This document shows, piece after piece, positions 61,348-64,000 of a DNA stretch of 64,000 bases. Position 1 is the stretch's first letter. The number at the start of each line of letters is the position of its first letter. The notes under the pieces were generated by a model, which did not search any database, was not told the origin of the DNA, and saw only the letters and a program-made list of their open reading frames with translations. The DNA lies in IMG/VR virus record IMGVR_UViG_3300031857_000106, positions 1-64,000 of that record. One strand, 5' to 3'. Position numbers and translations under genes: made by a program. The stretch is from an uncultured virus (IMG/VR IMGVR_UViG_3300031857_000106). Lineage: Duplodnaviria > Heunggongvirae > Uroviricota > Caudoviricetes.

Positions 61348-62229
61348 GTGAGATTTATTCAGACTTACGACGGCTTTCTAAACGAATCAGCCTTCATAAA
61401 CGAATCAGCATTCAGGTTCCTCGGCGAGGCCAAAGAAATGGAGGTTCTAGTTGATCTAGAAGAAGTCGGCAAAAACCCATCAGATTTCTTCGGAGCATTC
61501 GACGGCATCTATGTAATCAACTTAAAGCAAAGAGACGATAGATTAAAATCGTTCAAAGACCAGATGAAAGCAGCAGGCGTCAACGCCGGTGACATAAAGA
61601 GAGTAGAGGGCTACAATGGAAAAGAGATGGCTGATAAGGTCTTCAAAGATCCCATGTATCTCCTCGATAAGTATTCTGATCTCGTTGACGTAAAAAAGCT
61701 CACTGAAGGAAACCTTGACAGAGTAAAGCAAGAACCTGGCTGTTATGCATGTTCTGAAAGCCACCGATTGGCGGTAATGCAGGCACAAAAAGACGGTTGT
61801 AAAAGACCCCTCATTTTCGAAGACGACGCAGTACTTACCAAAGCTCTCTTCACTCAGGGATCTAAGATGAGAGAAAGAATCGATTCTCTCAAGTACGACT
61901 TCCTTAACATGGGTCTCGGAGAGACCAAATTCAACGGAAGAAACTTTAACGGCAGAGGCCTCGTTCAGAAGCTCGTCAAAGGATCCCCTACAAAATTCCA
62001 CGCATATTCAGTAGAAGAAAAATCGATGGACGATTTCATCAAAGCTTCTCTCAAGAACTGGACCTACCACGTGGACATTGTAGTAACTAACGAATTCAGA
62101 GACGGCGGAAAGAAATTCTACGCAATGAACCCAAGACCTTTTACTCAGCTCGGAGATCATTCAGACATCCAGGGCAAAGAAATCGGTAAAGGCGGTAAGG
62201 GTGAAATGGCTTTCAAATTCGAAGGCTAA
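61348..62229 (+). CDS. Glycosyltransferase family 25 with N-terminal capsid-targeting-like peptide
   Basis: IYVINLKQRDDR, RVEGYNG, ACSESH, LIFEDDA, HAY, HVD; N-terminus MRFIQTYDGFLNESAFINES. Confidence 0.82.
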   Translation: MRFIQTYDGFLNESAFINESAFRFLGEAKEMEVLVDLEEVGKNPSDFFGAFDGIYVINLKQRDDRLKSFKDQMKAAGVNAGDIKRVEGYNGKEMADKVFKDPMYLLDKYSDLVDVKKLTEGNLDRVKQEPGCYACSESHRLAVMQAQKDGCKRPLIFEDDAVLTKALFTQGSKMRERIDSLKYDFLNMGLGETKFNGRNFNGRGLVQKLVKGSPTKFHAYSVEEKSMDDFIKASLKNWTYHVDIVVTNEFRDGGKKFYAMNPRPFTQLGDHSDIQGKEIGKGGKGEMAFKFEG

Positions 62230-62249
62230 CATAAAATAGATCAATCTTG

Positions 62250-62277
62250 AAAGGACTTCCTCGGAAGTCCTTTTTTT
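62250..62277 (+). terminator. Rho-independent terminator
   Basis: AAAGGACTTCC-TC-GGAAGTCCTTT followed by a T-run. Confidence 0.8.
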
Positions 62278-62336
62278 GTGAGAGTTTCAAAATACATATA
62301 CCAAGAGGGCAACCTCTGCAAAATAAAAACATAACA

Positions 62337-63161
62337 ATGTTACTTAAGAACGGATCGAAGGGCACCGATGTGGCTGCTCTTCAGAAATTTCTAGGTCTGG
62401 CCGCTGATGGCAATTTCGGCCCAGGCACGGAAAAAGCAGTAAAAGATTGGCAGGCGAAAAACGGCCTCACTGCCGATGGAATAGTAGGACCTGGTACTTG
62501 GGCTAAGATGGGTCTCGGTGCTGCAGCTCCCGTAGCTGAGTCTGCGCCAGTTCCACCATCAAACTTCAAATTGGAGAAGTTAAAAGGTCACATTCCTGAT
62601 GCAGTGATCGCACAGATCCCTGATACTGCAGCCAAGTTTGGCATCACCAACACTTTGAGACTTGCTCACTTCCTCGCTCAGTGTGGTCACGAATCTGGAG
62701 GCTTCAAAGCAGTTTCCGAGAATTTGAACTACTCTGCAGACGGTTTGAAGAAGATCTTCCCTAAGTATTTTCCAGGAAACTTGAACGAGTCTTACGCTAG
62801 AAACCCTGAGAAGATCGCTAACAAAGTCTATTCTTCTAGAATGGGTAACGGCGATGAGAAATCTGGTGACGGCTTCAAATTCAGAGGTCGTGGTTACATC
62901 CAATTGACGGGCAAGGACAACTACACAAGGTTTGACAAGACTGTGGATGACGACATCCTCGCAAATCCTGATCTCGTGGCTACTAAGTATCCTCTTTCTT
63001 CAGCTGCATTCTTCTTCAACTCAAACGGGCTCTGGTCCATTTGTGATAAAGGAGCAGACGAAGCGACAGTGACGGCAGTGACCAAGAGAGTCAACGGCGG
63101 CACGATCGGTCTCGCTGACCGCATCAAGCACTTCAAAGAGTACTATCACCTACTCGCATGA
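62337..63161 (+). CDS. Endolysin: peptidoglycan-binding domain plus GH19 (chitinase/lysozyme-like) domain
   Basis: LKNGSKG.DV..LQ..L...ADG.FGPGT...WQ...GL.ADGIVGPGTW; AHFLAQCGHESGGF; FRGRGYIQLTGKDNY; TKRVNGG. Confidence 0.92.
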   Translation: MLLKNGSKGTDVAALQKFLGLAADGNFGPGTEKAVKDWQAKNGLTADGIVGPGTWAKMGLGAAAPVAESAPVPPSNFKLEKLKGHIPDAVIAQIPDTAAKFGITNTLRLAHFLAQCGHESGGFKAVSENLNYSADGLKKIFPKYFPGNLNESYARNPEKIANKVYSSRMGNGDEKSGDGFKFRGRGYIQLTGKDNYTRFDKTVDDDILANPDLVATKYPLSSAAFFFNSNGLWSICDKGADEATVTAVTKRVNGGTIGLADRIKHFKEYYHLLA

Positions 63162-63169
63162 TAAATAAG

Positions 63170-63199
63170 AAAGAGCGGTAATAAACTTACCGCTCTTTT
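63170..63199 (+). other. Hairpin in the leader of 63214 (terminator or regulatory)
   Basis: AAAGAGCGGTAA...TTACCGCTCTTT inverted repeat. Confidence 0.6.
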
Positions 63200-63213
63200 A
63201 CAATAAAAGAACT

Positions 63214-63438
63214 ATGAAAAATCTTTTAATCTTCGAGGACTTCTCGAAAACATACGGAGAAAAGATCACTCTCGATCAATTCAGATCTATCAAACCTGGA
63301 AGCACTGTCACTTATTTAGGTTCAAAATACGAAGTTGTCAAAAATGACGGCTTTGTTCTCTCTTTAAAGAACGAGAGAAGCAGCTTTACCGTCAACTACA
63401 GCATGTTCAACCACGGTGGCTTCATCAAAAACAGCTAA
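63214..63438 (+). CDS. Hypothetical protein with MKNLLIFEDF N-terminal motif
   Basis: ORF track; GATAAATA at 63160. Confidence 0.65.
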   Translation: MKNLLIFEDFSKTYGEKITLDQFRSIKPGSTVTYLGSKYEVVKNDGFVLSLKNERSSFTVNYSMFNHGGFIKNS

Positions 63439-63441
63439 GCA

Positions 63442-64000
63442 ATGAAAAGCAAAGACTTCAAAGAGCTCGAAAAAATAGTTCTCAAGCATTTCCCAAACGC
63501 AAGATGGGACGAAAAAACTCTTAAGTGGAGCGCAGAGACGAAACCTAATCCAAAAGATTCTTGGGACGAACCTGAGGCTCTACGGAAATTTGACGCAGAA
63601 GCATCGAAGAAATTTTATTCTAAGATGTCAGGAAGCTCATGGGACAACGAGGGTAACATCACCATCGGCGTCAGATCTCTCTTTGAGGATCACGTCCTCA
63701 CCTTTGCTGGCTTCTTGAACGAGAAGAAACCGGCCGGAGCTCCCGATTGGCACGATTCAGACGCCCCTGACGCAGAAGGTCGTTTCAGAGATCTAGGCAT
63801 CAAGGACCTAGCAGCTTGGTTGATCAAGACTCGAAAGAAAGACGTGAAGAAGATCAGCGGCAGCATCACTCAACAGATAGTCTTCAACCGCAAGAGAGAT
63901 CCTGAATATGCAGATAAGATGGAGAAGGTGAGAAAAGAAGTCTATAAACAATTGGGAAGAGAAGATCTTCTCGACGAGGAATTCATAACGGAGGCTGCTT
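63442..64000 (+). CDS. Hypothetical protein truncated by the window end
   Basis: ATG 63442, open to the end (MKSKDFKELEK...HVLTFAGFLNEKKP...). Confidence 0.7.
   Translation, partial: MKSKDFKELEKIVLKHFPNARWDEKTLKWSAETKPNPKDSWDEPEALRKFDAEASKKFYSKMSGSSWDNEGNITIGVRSLFEDHVLTFAGFLNEKKPAGAPDWHDSDAPDAEGRFRDLGIKDLAAWLIKTRKKDVKKISGSITQQIVFNRKRDPEYADKMEKVRKEVYKQLGREDLLDEEFITEAA

Noticed and set aside
1..64000. Stop-codon reassignment, as seen in some large phages
   Set aside because: Long genes are intact under code 11; TAA, TAG and TGA all end genes; no suppressor tRNA is present

Overview
A 64-kb segment of a large (jumbo-type) dsDNA bacteriophage genome. It uses the standard genetic code and almost every gene is on the + strand. 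The host is probably a Bacteroidota (inference from the lack of Shine-Dalgarno sites and TAnnTTTG-like promoter boxes). Layout: (1) 0.1-23.8 kb is a very large carbohydrate/macromolecule-modification region. It holds split RfaE/HldE-like kinase and nucleotidyltransferase genes, two more cytidylyltransferase-family genes, several GT-A/GT2/GT25/GT34-like glycosyltransferases (including a four-member paralogue family), three 2OG-Fe(II) oxygenases, a C5 DNA methyltransferase, a SAM methyltransferase and speD, with five tRNA genes interspersed. (2) 23.8-26.3 kb is small hypothetical genes. (3) 26.4-53.1 kb is an array of six paralogous collagen-like fibre genes (shared N-terminus, Gly-Thr-Ser/Gly-Pro-Gln triplet repeats, variable middle, C-terminal peptidase-S74 chaperone) plus a LamG protein. 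(4) 53.6-60 kb has a cluster of repeated structured non-coding RNAs (Y-RNA-like) upstream of an RNA ligase and a Ro60/TROVE protein, followed by phosphoesterases. (5) The end holds a GT25 with a T4-like capsid-targeting peptide and a GH19 endolysin. The best candidate novel systems are the phage Ro60 / Y-like RNA array / RNA ligase module and a possible collagen-fibre hydroxylation/glycosylation system. All calls come from reading motifs by eye; no database searches were run.
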